DNA of 32,466 bases. Source: Octopus bimaculoides (lineage: Eukaryota). Positions 11,886-24,129 of the stretch are shown in pieces. The notes beneath the pieces are model-generated. The model saw nothing but the letters and a program-made list of their open reading frames with translations. It made no database searches and was not told the origin of the DNA. The first letter of the stretch is position 1. The number at the start of each line of letters is the position of its first letter. The position numbers and the translations under genes are program-made. Location: positions 46,206,110 to 46,238,575 of the forward strand of contig NC_068993.1 in assembly GCF_001194135.2 (NCBI RefSeq). The letters are read 5' to 3'.

Positions 11886-12224
11886 GCACACTCACATATA
11901 TATTCAACATCATCTTATAGCCTGTTTTCAGAGTAAATAAGTAATAAACTTTTAGCATGCTTTACAGAGATTTTCTATGAGTATTGGCTATCATATGCTA
12001 CCGTACAGTAAGCATTCTCCTTTTAGAATATATGCATATGGAAATCTGTTAATATCTGTACAGTACATAGAAAGAATTTTCATCAAAGGTGGATTAAACA
12101 AGCTTTAATCCATATCACTGCAATTGTTTCAATACATTAGTATCAGCTGGTAATTACTGAGTATTCCACATATTATACACATTCTCGTATTAATATGATC
12201 CAACAATATATGTATAACTGCACG

Positions 12225-12280
12225 TCTTCAGGTCAGTGGATTCAATCAGACTGTGAAATCCACCTTAGTGGCATATTCAC
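12225..12280 (+). mobile_element. Probable decayed SINE family B head
   Basis: ggtcagtggattcaatc...accttagtggca resembles the B-box and following segment of family B. Confidence 0.35.
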
Positions 12281-12351
12281 ACAAGAAAGAAAGAAAGAAA
12301 GAAAGAAAGAAATAAAGAATATTCTGTTATATATACCGCCTATTTCGAATA

Positions 12352-12570
12352 GGGATATACAGAGATGATGGCTCGGTAATCTTATGGAATATGGACGGAT
12401 GATTTTCAAACAGATTTACAAAAGAAAAAAGAAAAGAAAATACACTAAAAATGCTTTGAAGGATTTCAATATAGCTATGTATGGTAATTTTTCTGATGGA
12501 ACAATAAAACAAACTGCAAAAGCTTTTATATGTATAGAAAACCGGCAAGTCCTATTTAAAAACAATTATT
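12352..12570 (+). mobile_element. Decayed PLE RT fragment containing the YRDD catalytic motif
   Basis: GIYRDDGSVILWNMDG*FSNRF (YRDD at 12358-12369), then after a shift ...GNFSDGTIKQ..., similar to GLYRDDGL...VNFLDVT. Confidence 0.7.
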
Positions 12571-12799
12571 CTGATGTGTTACCTTTGATAATAATGAATC
12601 CGCGCGTCAAAATCTGACGGAGAGTCTCCACAATGTTTCCCAACCCAACATTTTAACTGAGAGGAAATCCTAAAAAATAAGCGAGTTCAGTTTAAAATTA
12701 GAATAACTGCAAATAGCTTCACAGGCTTTGTATGAAACAAACGGAACCAGAAAGTGAAACACCATGTTCAACTATGTTTCACTTTGAGCCTGGCAGCGA

Positions 12800-13495
12800 A
12801 TGATGATGATGATGATGAGGGAGTAGCGGTGTTAATGATGATGTAACGAAGGCCTTGTTTGAAAATATAGGGTTTGGAAAAGGAAATAATTGGTGGCACG
12901 GTTGTTGATTGGTAGTTATATCGTTGACTGTGATAACAATATTGATTGAGAAGATGCTGGTGATTGTAGTTATGATGATGGCTGTCATAGTGATGTGGGT
13001 GTTTTTTTTTTTGGGGGGGGGGGGGGTTGTGATAGTGCTTGTGGATCGAATGGTTCTTATAATAATTCTTATAATAATAGTGACGACGGTGGTTAATTTT
13101 GTGTCTCTAAATATGGTGGTGGTTGTGGTAGTGGTTGTCCTGATCGCTCTGGGGGCTGTGGTGATGGTGCTGGTTGTAATGATGGTGGGGGAGGTGGTTA
13201 AGGATGTAGTTTTAGTAACCATGGAGCCAGTTGAGATGGTGATGGTATTGATAGTGTGATCATGAGTATCGTAGTGGAGGTTGAGTTGATGATGGTTGTC
13301 ATAGTGGTGACCGTGGTGCTTATGGCTGCGATGATGGTGGTTGTTGTTCTTGGTGAGGCTGGTTCCGAAATGGGGTTTAAGTTAGTTGTATTTTCGATGA
13401 TGATGACGGTTATAGCGGTGGTGCTGATAATGGAGATGATGATGATGATTCAGTTTGTGGTAATTGTGACGGCTATGGTGGTGGAGGTAGTAGTA

Positions 13496-13563
<68 letters not shown>

Positions 13564-13591
13564 GGTGGTGGTGGTAGTGGTGGTGGTGGTG

Positions 13592-13626
<35 letters not shown>

Positions 13627-13676
13627 TGCAGCAGCAGCAGCAACAGCAGCAGCAGCAACAGCAGCATCAGCAGCAT

Positions 13677-13721
<45 letters not shown>

Positions 13722-13757
13722 AAGTAGTAGTAGTAGTNNNNNNNNNNAGTAGTAGTA

Positions 13758-13814
<57 letters not shown>

Positions 13815-13870
13815 TAAGCTGCAGCAGCGACAACAACGGCAGCAAAAACCGCAATAACTACAACAGCAAC
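12800..13870. repeat. Degenerate GAT/GGT low-complexity tract grading into pure (GTA)n/(GGT)n/(GCA)n arrays
   Basis: Directly visible; source of the poly-V/T/L ORFs. Confidence 0.9.
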
Positions 13871-14414
13871 AGTAGTAGTATTAAGAGTAACAATCTCTTC
13901 TGCAGCAAACTCGTTGTAACTCAACCGTGATGAAAAACCAATGACAACCATAAATGTAAAAGCTTGTCGTTGTCGTCTTTGTTACTTCTTATGGAAAGTG
14001 TAGGTCAACGATGATATTTCAGTACATAGATCACAGACTGTCTGGCGGCGGAGTTCGGAATTGATGGTTTTAGGAGGATGTCGATGAGGGGGTTTGGCTG
14101 TTTAATTCAATTTAGCTTAAGATTTTCGTTGAAAATCTTTCATTTGAAAGAATTTTAACACGCATCGAAAATCAAAAGAAATTTAATAAAATATCGTGAT
14201 ATCGTGGTTGAAATTTGATGACATCAATCGCTAAGAAATCTTTCCCGTTTAAACTGATTTCTTCTCATCTATATAAAACTAGTGAATTCACTTACCAATA
14301 AAACTTCATCTAGAGAATTCCTGCTTCACTTCGTTTCCAGGAACTTTAATCAATTCAACTCAATTCCATCATATATTAAAATTTGTACCATGCTCTCTCT
14401 CAAGAGAACGAAAA

Positions 14415-14478
<64 letters not shown>
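14415..14478. repeat. (GA)n microsatellite
   Basis: Directly visible. Confidence 0.97.
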
Positions 14479-14483
<5 letters not shown>

Positions 14484-14679
14484 TGTCCCAGCTACTTCTA
14501 TTAATGAAATTCAATAATCATTTCAAATGGCTTTTAATTTCATTTTTAATTCTATTTTGTGCTTTTACTTTTTAAGTTTTATGAGTAATTGACAGACAAA
14601 ATATCGCTACTGTCTGACAACTTTACATAATTATTGGCGTGGAAAGAGAGTAACAAAAATGGGTGGGGTGGGGGTTGAT

Positions 14680-14975
<296 letters not shown>

Positions 14976-14999
14976 AGAATGCTTTCTATTGTAGTCACA

Positions 15000-15110
15000 A
15001 GGCCTGAAATTGTGTGGGGGACGGGAGTGATCGATTACATCCACTCAGTATTTCACTGGTACTTAATTTATCGACCTCGAAAGGATGAAAGGCAAAGTCA
15101 ACCTAGGCGG
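15000..15110 (-). mobile_element. SINE family A copy lacking its head, cut off by (TAA)n
   Basis: ggcctgaaatt...gatcgattacatcc...atcgacctcgaaaggatgaaaggcaaagtcaacctaggcgg, then (TAA)n begins where the B-box region should be. Confidence 0.85.
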
Positions 15111-15801
<691 letters not shown>

Positions 15802-15814
15802 ATTAATATCTTTA

Positions 15815-15995
15815 ATTTTGGCATAAGGTCATCACTTTAGAAAGGAGGTGCGAGTTGATTATACCAACCTCAATACTTGATTGGTAATGATTTCATCGAA
15901 AACCTAATTGGGTTTCTTTGGAATTTGAACTCAGAACGTATACCACGAAATATTTTGTCCAACGCGCTAACAATTCTTCCAGTGCAATGCCTTAA
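15815..15995 (-). mobile_element. SINE family A, old decayed copy
   Basis: ttttggcataaggtc...ggaatttgaactcagaacg...gcgctaacaattc is colinear with 4227-4406. Confidence 0.7.
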
Positions 15996-15999
15996 TGTT

Positions 16000-17240
16000 C
16001 AACGAAACAATGAAGGCATCCGAAAAGAAACTACCGCATAGAAAAAAGACTCAACAGAGGAAGTCACACATAATATTAATGGGATTCCTAAACTCAGTTA
16101 AAATACCACAATATTGACTACACAAGAAAAAACACAAGATCTTACAGTAAGTTAAAAACAGACACAAAGACAAAAGAATTAGATCCAAAATAAATCAGAA
16201 ACGCAGAATATCGCATACACACAAAGAAATAAACAGCCACATCAAAGATATACCACAGACCACTCAGCTAACGATGCCTATATCTATGGGTATATGGCAG
16301 TAAGAGTCAACGAAATAGAGTGCAGAGCAGAAGAAAGTCCGCTGTAAGACTAAATAACACTAATTACAAAACTAAAATGTAACAGACCTCCAACGGAATA
16401 GTCGAGTCATAAAACTGAAATTACGTCAAATGAAATGACTAGACAGGAAACTACTAACACATCGCTGAAACTGCCATCTCAAAGCTAATATAGATAGAAT
16501 GTACACAACCCAGCAGAGAGTAGCAAAGTAGATGATTTGTGATTCAAATAGAAAGTTATTACTAAATAACTACTGTGGGACCGGACAAATACTGAGATGC
16601 GCGTAAAGGAAAATTGGTTATTGTCTTAAGTGTAATAGAGGAATAAAATGCGAATAATTTTCTCTACTTATAAGAACGGAGGAAATTGAAAACTAGAAAT
16701 AAGAGCACCCAAGGAAAATATTACTCAACAGAGACGTTAATAAAGACAAATTCAAGATGAAATTCGCGAATATATTGAAAAAAATACGCAGAGAAAATAC
16801 TATATATTTAATACTCTACAACAGATTTCAAAGGAAACAAATAGAAAGTGAGAATAGCTCAAAACTGGATAAAACGCATAACGATCTCTTTGTATTAAAC
16901 CTATGTCAAAAAATAAACACCTACAAAAATATGATAATGATAGGAATTAATAAGATGAAATGCAAGGAAACTTTCTATTTCCTTGCCCAGTGCTTAACAA
17001 GTCGGAATAAAATGACAGACAGATTTGAGTTGCTTGCTGTAGCGATTAAACCGTTTGACATTAAAATTGATAAACGTCATAAACAAATTTCAGACGCAGT
17101 ATATAACAAAGACTGGGTCACAATCATCTGGGAAATACGTGTACACTCCGACAAAGAGAGCAAATCAAATCGATCGAATATGAAAAACCGGAATGGAAAT
17201 GTGATAAAAATATTACATGAAAAACAAGGAAGGAGAAAAT
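16000..17240 (+). mobile_element. Heavily decayed R4/Dong-like (restriction-like endonuclease clade) LINE: late RT, post-RT and zinc-knuckle/REL remnant
   Basis: DRKLLTHR*NCHLKANIDRMY (HLKANIDRMY from 16475) resembles RKLLTMH..HPKADIDRLY. The ORF at 16757-17242 has QKINTYKNMI, KCKETFYFLAQC, IIWEIRVHSDKESKSNRSNM, similar to QALRTxY..I, CxxxxETxxHIxxxC, ILWDxxIxTDxxIxxNRPDI. The left boundary is approximate. Confidence 0.65.
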
Positions 17241-17269
17241 GAAAGAATGCTGAAATTGAAATGCGTAAT

Positions 17270-17362
17270 ATATACATATATGTGTGTGAGTGAGTGTGTG
17301 TGCGTGAGTGTGTGTGTGTGTGTGCGTGTGTGTGTGCGTGTGTGTTTTTGGCGCGCGCGCGT
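17270..17362. repeat. (TG)n microsatellite ending in (GC)5
   Basis: Directly visible. Confidence 0.9.
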
Positions 17363-17660
17363 GTCTATTCGTACGTAAATAATACGTACACACACATGAA
17401 AAGTGTCCAGATGTCAATGACCATAAATTTTCGTCGCTATGGAAGAAAAAGAATCATTGAGTGTCCCACATGTGCTTCTCCTCGCGCAGTGGAGGCGATG
17501 TGATAGATTAGGGGAGAGAGAGAGAGAATGTGTGTCATAAAGAGTGAACAAGAAAGAAATCAGCTCTTTTATTTGGCAGATGCCCTACTTTATCTTGTTT
17601 GGAAAGTAAAAGAGAGCAAGAAGAGTTATGAACTCACAATAACAGGAGTCTGAGTGAATA

Positions 17661-17852
17661 TGGGTTTCAAATTTTCGCACAAAGCCAGAAATTACGAGGT
17701 AGAGAGTAAGTTGATCATACTAATCCCAGTGCTTAACAAGTTCTTATTTCATCGACCCCCAAAAGGATGAAAAGCAAAGTCAGCCTCGGTGGAATTTGAA
17801 CTCAGACTGTAAAGACGGACGAAGTGCTGTAAAGCATTTTGCCCCGCCTGCT
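17661..17852 (-). mobile_element. SINE family A, minus copy of a head-to-head pair
   Basis: Colinear with 4227-4406, including the B-box ggaatttgaactc. Confidence 0.88.
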
Positions 17853-17872
17853 GAAAATACTGTATCAGTATC

Positions 17873-18088
17873 AGGCGGTGAGCTGGTAGAAACGTGAGCA
17901 CGCCGTAAGAAATGCTTAGCGGTACTTCGTCTGTCTTTACGTCCTGAGTTCAAATTCCACTGAGGTTGATTTTGTCTTTCATCCTTTCGGGGTCGATAAA
18001 TTAAATACCAGTTGCATACTGGGGTCGATCTAATCGACTGGCTCCCTCCACAAAATTTTCGGGCCTTGTACCTAGAGTAGAAAAAAAA
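17873..18088 (+). mobile_element. SINE family A, full-length plus copy with A-tail and target-site duplication
   Basis: Head aggcggtgagctggtagaaacgtgagc; B-box gagttcaaattcc; tail agaaaaaaaa; flanking direct repeat ctgtatcagtat at 17860-17871 and 18091-18102. Confidence 0.93.
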
Positions 18089-18232
18089 TTCTGTATCAGT
18101 ATTTATAGTATTCGTTTTGTAAGAGCCTTAGTAGTGTTATACTCAATTTAAATTTTTGGTAGGCATGGTTAGTTAGTTTGCTTTGTAAATATATAGTCTA
18201 GCGTTTGGCCAAACTCTCTGCGTTTTAAAAGT

Positions 18233-18476
18233 AAGGTAACGTTACCTTCTCGAGTCGTGCCGACTCTGAAGGGCCGGTTTCCCGGCGTATAAATTCCCTG
18301 CTTAGATAGGACGCCGGTTTGTCACGGTAATACTCATGTTTTGCCAGCTAAGTGGACTGGAGCAACGTGAAATGAAGTGTTTTCCTCAAGAACACAACCC
18401 GTTACCTGGTCCAGAATTTGAAACCGCAACCTTACAATCATGAGTCCAACACCCTAATCACTAAGCTACGCGCCAC
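18233..18476 (-). mobile_element. tRNA-derived SINE family C
   Basis: Minus head gtggcgcgtagcttagtgattagggtgttggactcatgattgtaaggttgcggtttcaaattc is tRNA-like. The body gtggactggagcaac..aaatgaagtgtttt is shared with 32167-32372. Confidence 0.85.
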
Positions 18477-19479
18477 TTAGGATAAGTGAATTCCAAAAGA
18501 GCTTATCATAACCTGGCGTCGATAAAAGTTTTGTGAGACTTCCATATCGAGAATTTCATTGCCGAAAAGCAAACCTAATCTATCTCACTAACTAAGCCTT
18601 GAATGATTTTATCAGGGTCTCATCGGGTATAATCTTACAGTTCAAGTCACAGATATGAGAATAGCTCCCATTCTTCTCTCCTTGTGAGTTTCAGACGCCT
18701 TCAACTGGATCATGAAAGCTGCCCCTTTCGAATCCGAACAAAATTATTTGGAGAGGTACTTCCATTCTGAGATATCTCATGAGTCATACTTCAATGTGAC
18801 CGGCCTAGATTATAAGCTATGGGTACGGAATTCAACATTACACCTTATTAGCACAGTCAGCACTAAGATATCTATTAACCTCTCTCACACAAAAGGCCCT
18901 CGTATGCATTTCCTCCCTAGTTTTGCGCTCAAGATTCACCATGGTAGTAAATATGTCTATTGTCACCATTTCTTTTGATTTCTTTCTTTTAATGCTCTTT
19001 TGGATTTCGATGGTATCAGGCATATATCAGTTTCTGCCAGAGTGCAGGTTTTGCTGGTGATTCTTCATTAGTTTAGATTATGCTGTGATGCGAAGCCTCT
19101 GGACAGCCGAAAAGATTGTTATACCACTGATCACAGTTGAACTTATAAACCATAACAAATTAACTCAGATACGAACAATATTTAAAAAGTTTATTTTAAA
19201 TGTATCCATACTTATTTAACCGTATCGAAGATAGAAAAAAAAACAGTAAAGTTGTAAAGCAGACACTAAATCTGATAGCAAAATTTCCATCAAATTATAA
19301 CATTTTCGAAAACAATAAAGAAACGTCTGATAATGTTGTTCTACTATGTTTCAAGGAATGTTATAGGATGGTCACATCTAAAACGCTTTTCGACGTATCT
19401 TCGATTAATTTAGGTTTACACTGGACCATATAAAGAAAAATACACTGATTGCACAAGATCTTTCAAGTGCAATTTTGAC

Positions 19480-19605
19480 CTGAATACTTTGGATCTACCC
19501 GAATGGAAGAATCAGATACTGAGTCGGTAATCCAAGCCTAAGAAGTTGAGAAATTTTCCTAGAAATGTCTATCACTAACCAATTAAACTGCTAGAAATAT
19601 CCAGT
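19480..19605 (+). mobile_element. Possible very old LINE RT N-terminal remnant
   Basis: LPEWKNQILSR*SKPKKLRNFPRNVYH*PIKLLEISS loosely resembles PxEWKxAxIxxIPKxxK...NYRPISLL; weak match. Confidence 0.3.
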
Positions 19606-20462
19606 ACCCATATAATCCATAACTGCAAATGTCTAGTCATTTTACACTATTTGATTCTATAAGCAAGTTAGAAAAAATCCTTTGTCATTCACACTGCTAA
19701 TAGAATAGAAATGCAATGAATTTTGAAACGGATCTGTTGAAAGACATGGAACCAAAGACGTTATCTTCCACCAATTGCAATATAAAATATAATATAATCA
19801 ACACAAAGTCGACCCTGAACTGCAAATTCGATATCGGTGTATATACTTCTTTAGAATACTAACCCGAACTCTACCCCATACCCATTGGGCCATTAACCAT
19901 ATAAAATGGCACATGACAAGATAGATGTAAATTAGTTGCAGAACATTTTCCTTGAAAAATGTTCGAATTACTTTCGGAAATGTTCTGATAAATTTGAATA
20001 ATGGTAACCAACATTACATTACATTAATTCTCTTCGGATGGTTGCCATCTCCCTACGGGTTTCCTTTAAATCGCATTTCTTTGATCTCGTCTCTTGCTTT
20101 TATTCTAAAGTTTGCCAAAACTGTAATTAAGAATGCATTTCCTTCCCATCATAATGAGACACGATCCATTAATTCACCTGTGCCACAAATATTTCCTCTG
20201 CGTTCTTCATCACTTTATTTAGCTTTATCTTTTTCTTATCCGTTTCTCTTTTCTTTTCAATTTTATTTTTATTTCTTTTTATTCGTTTAGAACACGTAAA
20301 TCCCCATTTTTAGAAAGAGCACCAGTCAAACACCAAGAAAGCACGCTTGTAAATCAATACTGACCTTTCCACCCGATAATGTAATAATATTTCTTACATT
20401 TCATACAAAAATAAAAATTGGTCACGTGAGTGTGTGGAAGCAGACGACGATGTCGTGACTGT

Positions 20463-20506
20463 GACGATGATGAGGATGATGATGATGATGATGATGAAGG
20501 TGTTGG

Positions 20507-20576
<70 letters not shown>

Positions 20577-20735
20577 GATGTAATTGCATTTCTTACATTT
20601 CGCACAAAAATTGAGTATGGAAGTAGACAACGCTGTCGTGACAATGATGATGTTTTCATTATCATCATCATCATCATCATCACGACCACCACCACTACCA
20701 TCATCATTATCATCATGATCTTCATCATCATCATC
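20463..20735. repeat. (GAT)n/(GGT)n then (CAT)n arrays
   Basis: Directly visible. Confidence 0.9.
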
Positions 20736-20789
20736 AAATTAACCTCTTTATTTAAATATATTTCTTACTTATTCCATCATTAAACTTTG

Positions 20790-21155
20790 ACCATGCTGGT
20801 GCACTGCTCAGAAGACTTTCAGTTTAAACGAACCAACCCCGGTATTTAATTTAGTCTATCGGGTATTTAGTTCATCGGTGTCTTTGGCCGAAACGCTAAG
20901 TTACGAGGACGTAAACACACCAGCGTGAGTTATCAAAGCGGCGAAGGAGGACAAACACTGATATAATCACACACAGATACACATATATACATACATACAT
21001 ACATACATAGACATATGATGGAGTTCGTTCAGTTTCCGTCTAACAAATCCACTCACAAACGCTGTAGAAGACACTTAACAAAGATATCAAGCAGTGGGAT
21101 CGAACACAGAATTATGTGGTTGAAAAACAAACTTCTAACCACAAAACCACACCAG
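20790..21155 (-). mobile_element. tRNA-derived SINE family B (CORE-like), near full length with an internal (TACA)n
   Basis: Minus head tggttttgtggttagaag...gtgttcgatcccactgc has A/B boxes, followed by ttaagtgtcttctac resembling the CORE-SINE segment gcaagtgtcttct. The CORE assignment is from memory. Confidence 0.85.
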
Positions 21156-21699
21156 TAATAATAGTTCTTAAATTTCATATAAAAAGAAAATGGTTGCCGT
21201 CTGTGTAGAAAGGGTGGACGAAAGTGAAACAAAATACTTTTCTTGATTTAATTTCGTTTCTAGCGCCTGAATATCCTATAAGCAGAGTGGAATGTTCCTT
21301 AAGTTTACCATTCACTACTATTGTATATATACCTGTTATACGCTTCGGTCGATGTAATCCAATCTCCCTTAACCTCAAATACATGGCATTGTTCCAATGT
21401 CAAAATATAAGCTTTATATAAAAGTTAGTCCTAACGATAGTAGTTTAGGCATTTATGGATCGATTAACTTTTATCGATTGGTTGCATTTTTTCGTTTTCT
21501 CTTTTACTCAACGTTGTTTAATGTCGTTACGATTATTGGTAATTTCAAATAACTGTCAGTCAAAAGGTGAAGTGTCATAATGGTCAAATCGCCTGTCTAC
21601 CTGATACAGTGATACACATTTTATAGTTTTAATAGTCAATATGCATCTGTCTATTCATCTATCTAACAATCTCCCAATATCTCTCTCCGCGTTTCTGTA

Positions 21700-21752
<53 letters not shown>

Positions 21753-21826
21753 CACATATATACATATACACATACACATGCACACACACACATATATATA
21801 TAAAGAGAGAGGGAGAGAGAGTGGGT

Positions 21827-21860
<34 letters not shown>
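21700..21860. repeat. (CA)/(TA)/(GA) microsatellites ending in (GATA)n 21827-21860
   Basis: Directly visible. Confidence 0.95.
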
Positions 21861-21861
<1 letters not shown>

Positions 21862-24129
21862 TTTTTTATTAGCCACACAGGGTTCAACATAGATGGGACA
21901 AATACAATGTAGAGTTTTTCTTTTCGAGGGGACGAGAAAAAATGGGGATAACGATCAAAAGGTATCGAAAAACGTTTGGGGTATGTAAAAAAAAAAAANN
22001 NNNNNNNNATGTAGAGTTTTTCTTTTCGAGGGGACGAGAAAAAATGGGGATAACGATCAAAAGGTATCGAAAAACGTTTGGGGTATGTAAAAAAAAAAAA
22101 AAAAAAATCCCAAGAAATGGGGAGGTTATCCGTGGAAAGAAAAACCTGCGAAAAGACCACGGTAACCTCGGGCATTAATGTCACTAATTGAAAAAAATTA
22201 CTTACGAAATTAACGCAAGTAACTCTCTGCTTAAAAAGAATAGAAACAGAGAGTTACATACCGTTCGAAAGTTCGGTTGTTCTTCCCTTTGAATGTTCGT
22301 TAAGGAGGCTGCTGTAAAGTTTTTTGGCTAGATATTTTTGGCATCTCCCCACCGCATTGGGGTAGAGGGATTTTAAAGTGTGGTGCAATGTTGGCGTGAT
22401 ATGATAAAGTTTTATATGATTAGGTGGTGTCGTGTATGGGTGGTTGTTTGTTTTGATGTTGTTTTTTGTTATGTTTGTTTTTGTATTTATGTAGTTCATT
22501 AATTCTGTGTTTGTAGTGTCTATTGCTGTGAGCATGTTTTCTGTATGTGTTCTTGTGGTGTTGATGTTGTTTGTGGTATGTTTGGAGACGATGGTTTCGG
22601 GAGATGTATATCACCCTACTTTGTTGGTGTTTGCATTTGGTTTGGTTCTTTTTTTACTCCTTTTCCTCCGCCCTTTTCGGGCTATTTGCCACTCACTACT
22701 GCTACTTTCGTCCTCGGACGAGTCTTCTGAGGAATCGGAAGGGGGTAAGGGCATGTCGTGTGCTTGTNNNNNNNNNNNNNNNNNNNNNNNNNNNNNNNNN
22801 NNNNNTTTATATGATTAGGTGGTGTCGTGTATGGGTGGTTGTTTGTTTTGATGTTGTTTTTTGTTATCTGTTGCTGTTGGGCAATCTTTTTTGAGGTGCC
22901 CTTTGATGCCACACAGGTAGCATCGAGGCCTTCTACCTTCTACCACAACGTAGAGGGTGTGGTCGTCTGGTAGCTCAATTTGAGTTAGAATTTCTTTTGA
23001 TTCTTCCTGTGTAATCTGTAACAGGACATCGAATTTTTTTCCATTCCAGTCTTCCTGCTTTAATGCAGTAGTTTCTAGAATGTTTATATTTCCTTCCATG
23101 TGATAACAAATAGCTGATTACAGCCATTGTGGTTCCACTTCTGGAGGGACATTTTTTATTGATACTCTGGTTACCCTTTGTCCAAGGTACGTGGGTACCA
23201 ATATTATATGTTCGGAACGAAGAGTGGACAACTCTTTCGCTTTCTCTTCGCTGTCAAATCTAACTTGCACGCTGGCGAAACTGTTTGCCCAGTTTATGTA
23301 TTTCTTGTGGGCCAATATGGGATACAAACATTGTTCAATAATTTCTGTTGCTGGTTACTCTGGTTTTCTTGTTTTTGTGTTCAAAATTTTGTATATGATG
23401 GTTTGTTTTTGTACATCATAAATGATTTTTTCAGGTATTTTTAATTTTAGTTTTGGTCCTTGATGGCTTAATTTTAGTTTTGGTCCTTGTTGGTTTTTTG
23501 TTTCTTGAATTTCTAGTGTTGTGAAGTGCAAAATTGTTTTTTTTTGTCTGAGTGCATCAGCAAAGTTTGTTTTTTTGTTGTTGTCGTCGCTGGTGGTGGT
23601 GGTGTCGGTAGCTGTGGAGACTGCTGTAGTAGCAGAGACTTTGGTCGTGGTTGGTCTTGATGCACTGTTGCTGTTGTTGTTGTTGTTGTTGTTGCTGCTG
23701 CTGCTGCTGTTGCCGGTGGTGATCGTAGCAGACATAGCTTTCATATCGGTGGTGGTGGTGAGAGGGCTGTCAATATGTGTGGTTGCTGTCTTGATGACGT
23801 TCTTAGAAATTTCTTTTTGTGTGCGCGTGCAGTTTTCATTCTTTTTCTTCTCTAGCGTTCCAAGGCTAGGGAAGTGATGTTCGAAGAACGGACTGGAACA
23901 GCGTTCCAAAACAATGTTTCTCGACATTTTTCCAAATGCCGAGAAAAAATTTATATTTTGACGGGGCTGGAACTGCCCCTAGGGGCCAATTCCTCCCTTC
24001 GAAGCATACACAAATGAAGCTTGGGTGCTTCGCACAGATTATATGAAAGTTTTTTTAACAAATGTGGGCAATATAAGGTCAAAAAAAGGTTTACCTCTGC
24101 AGCCGATGTGACAGCACGTCCGTTAGTAG

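Noticed and set aside
18233-18248. Perfect 16-bp palindrome aaggtaacgttacctt
   Set aside because: It lies at the SINE C tail junction and is likely a by-product of short tail repeats; no further support.
21907-22100. 92-bp direct repeat flanking the 10-N gap
   Set aside because: Typical unmerged contig-overlap artefact.
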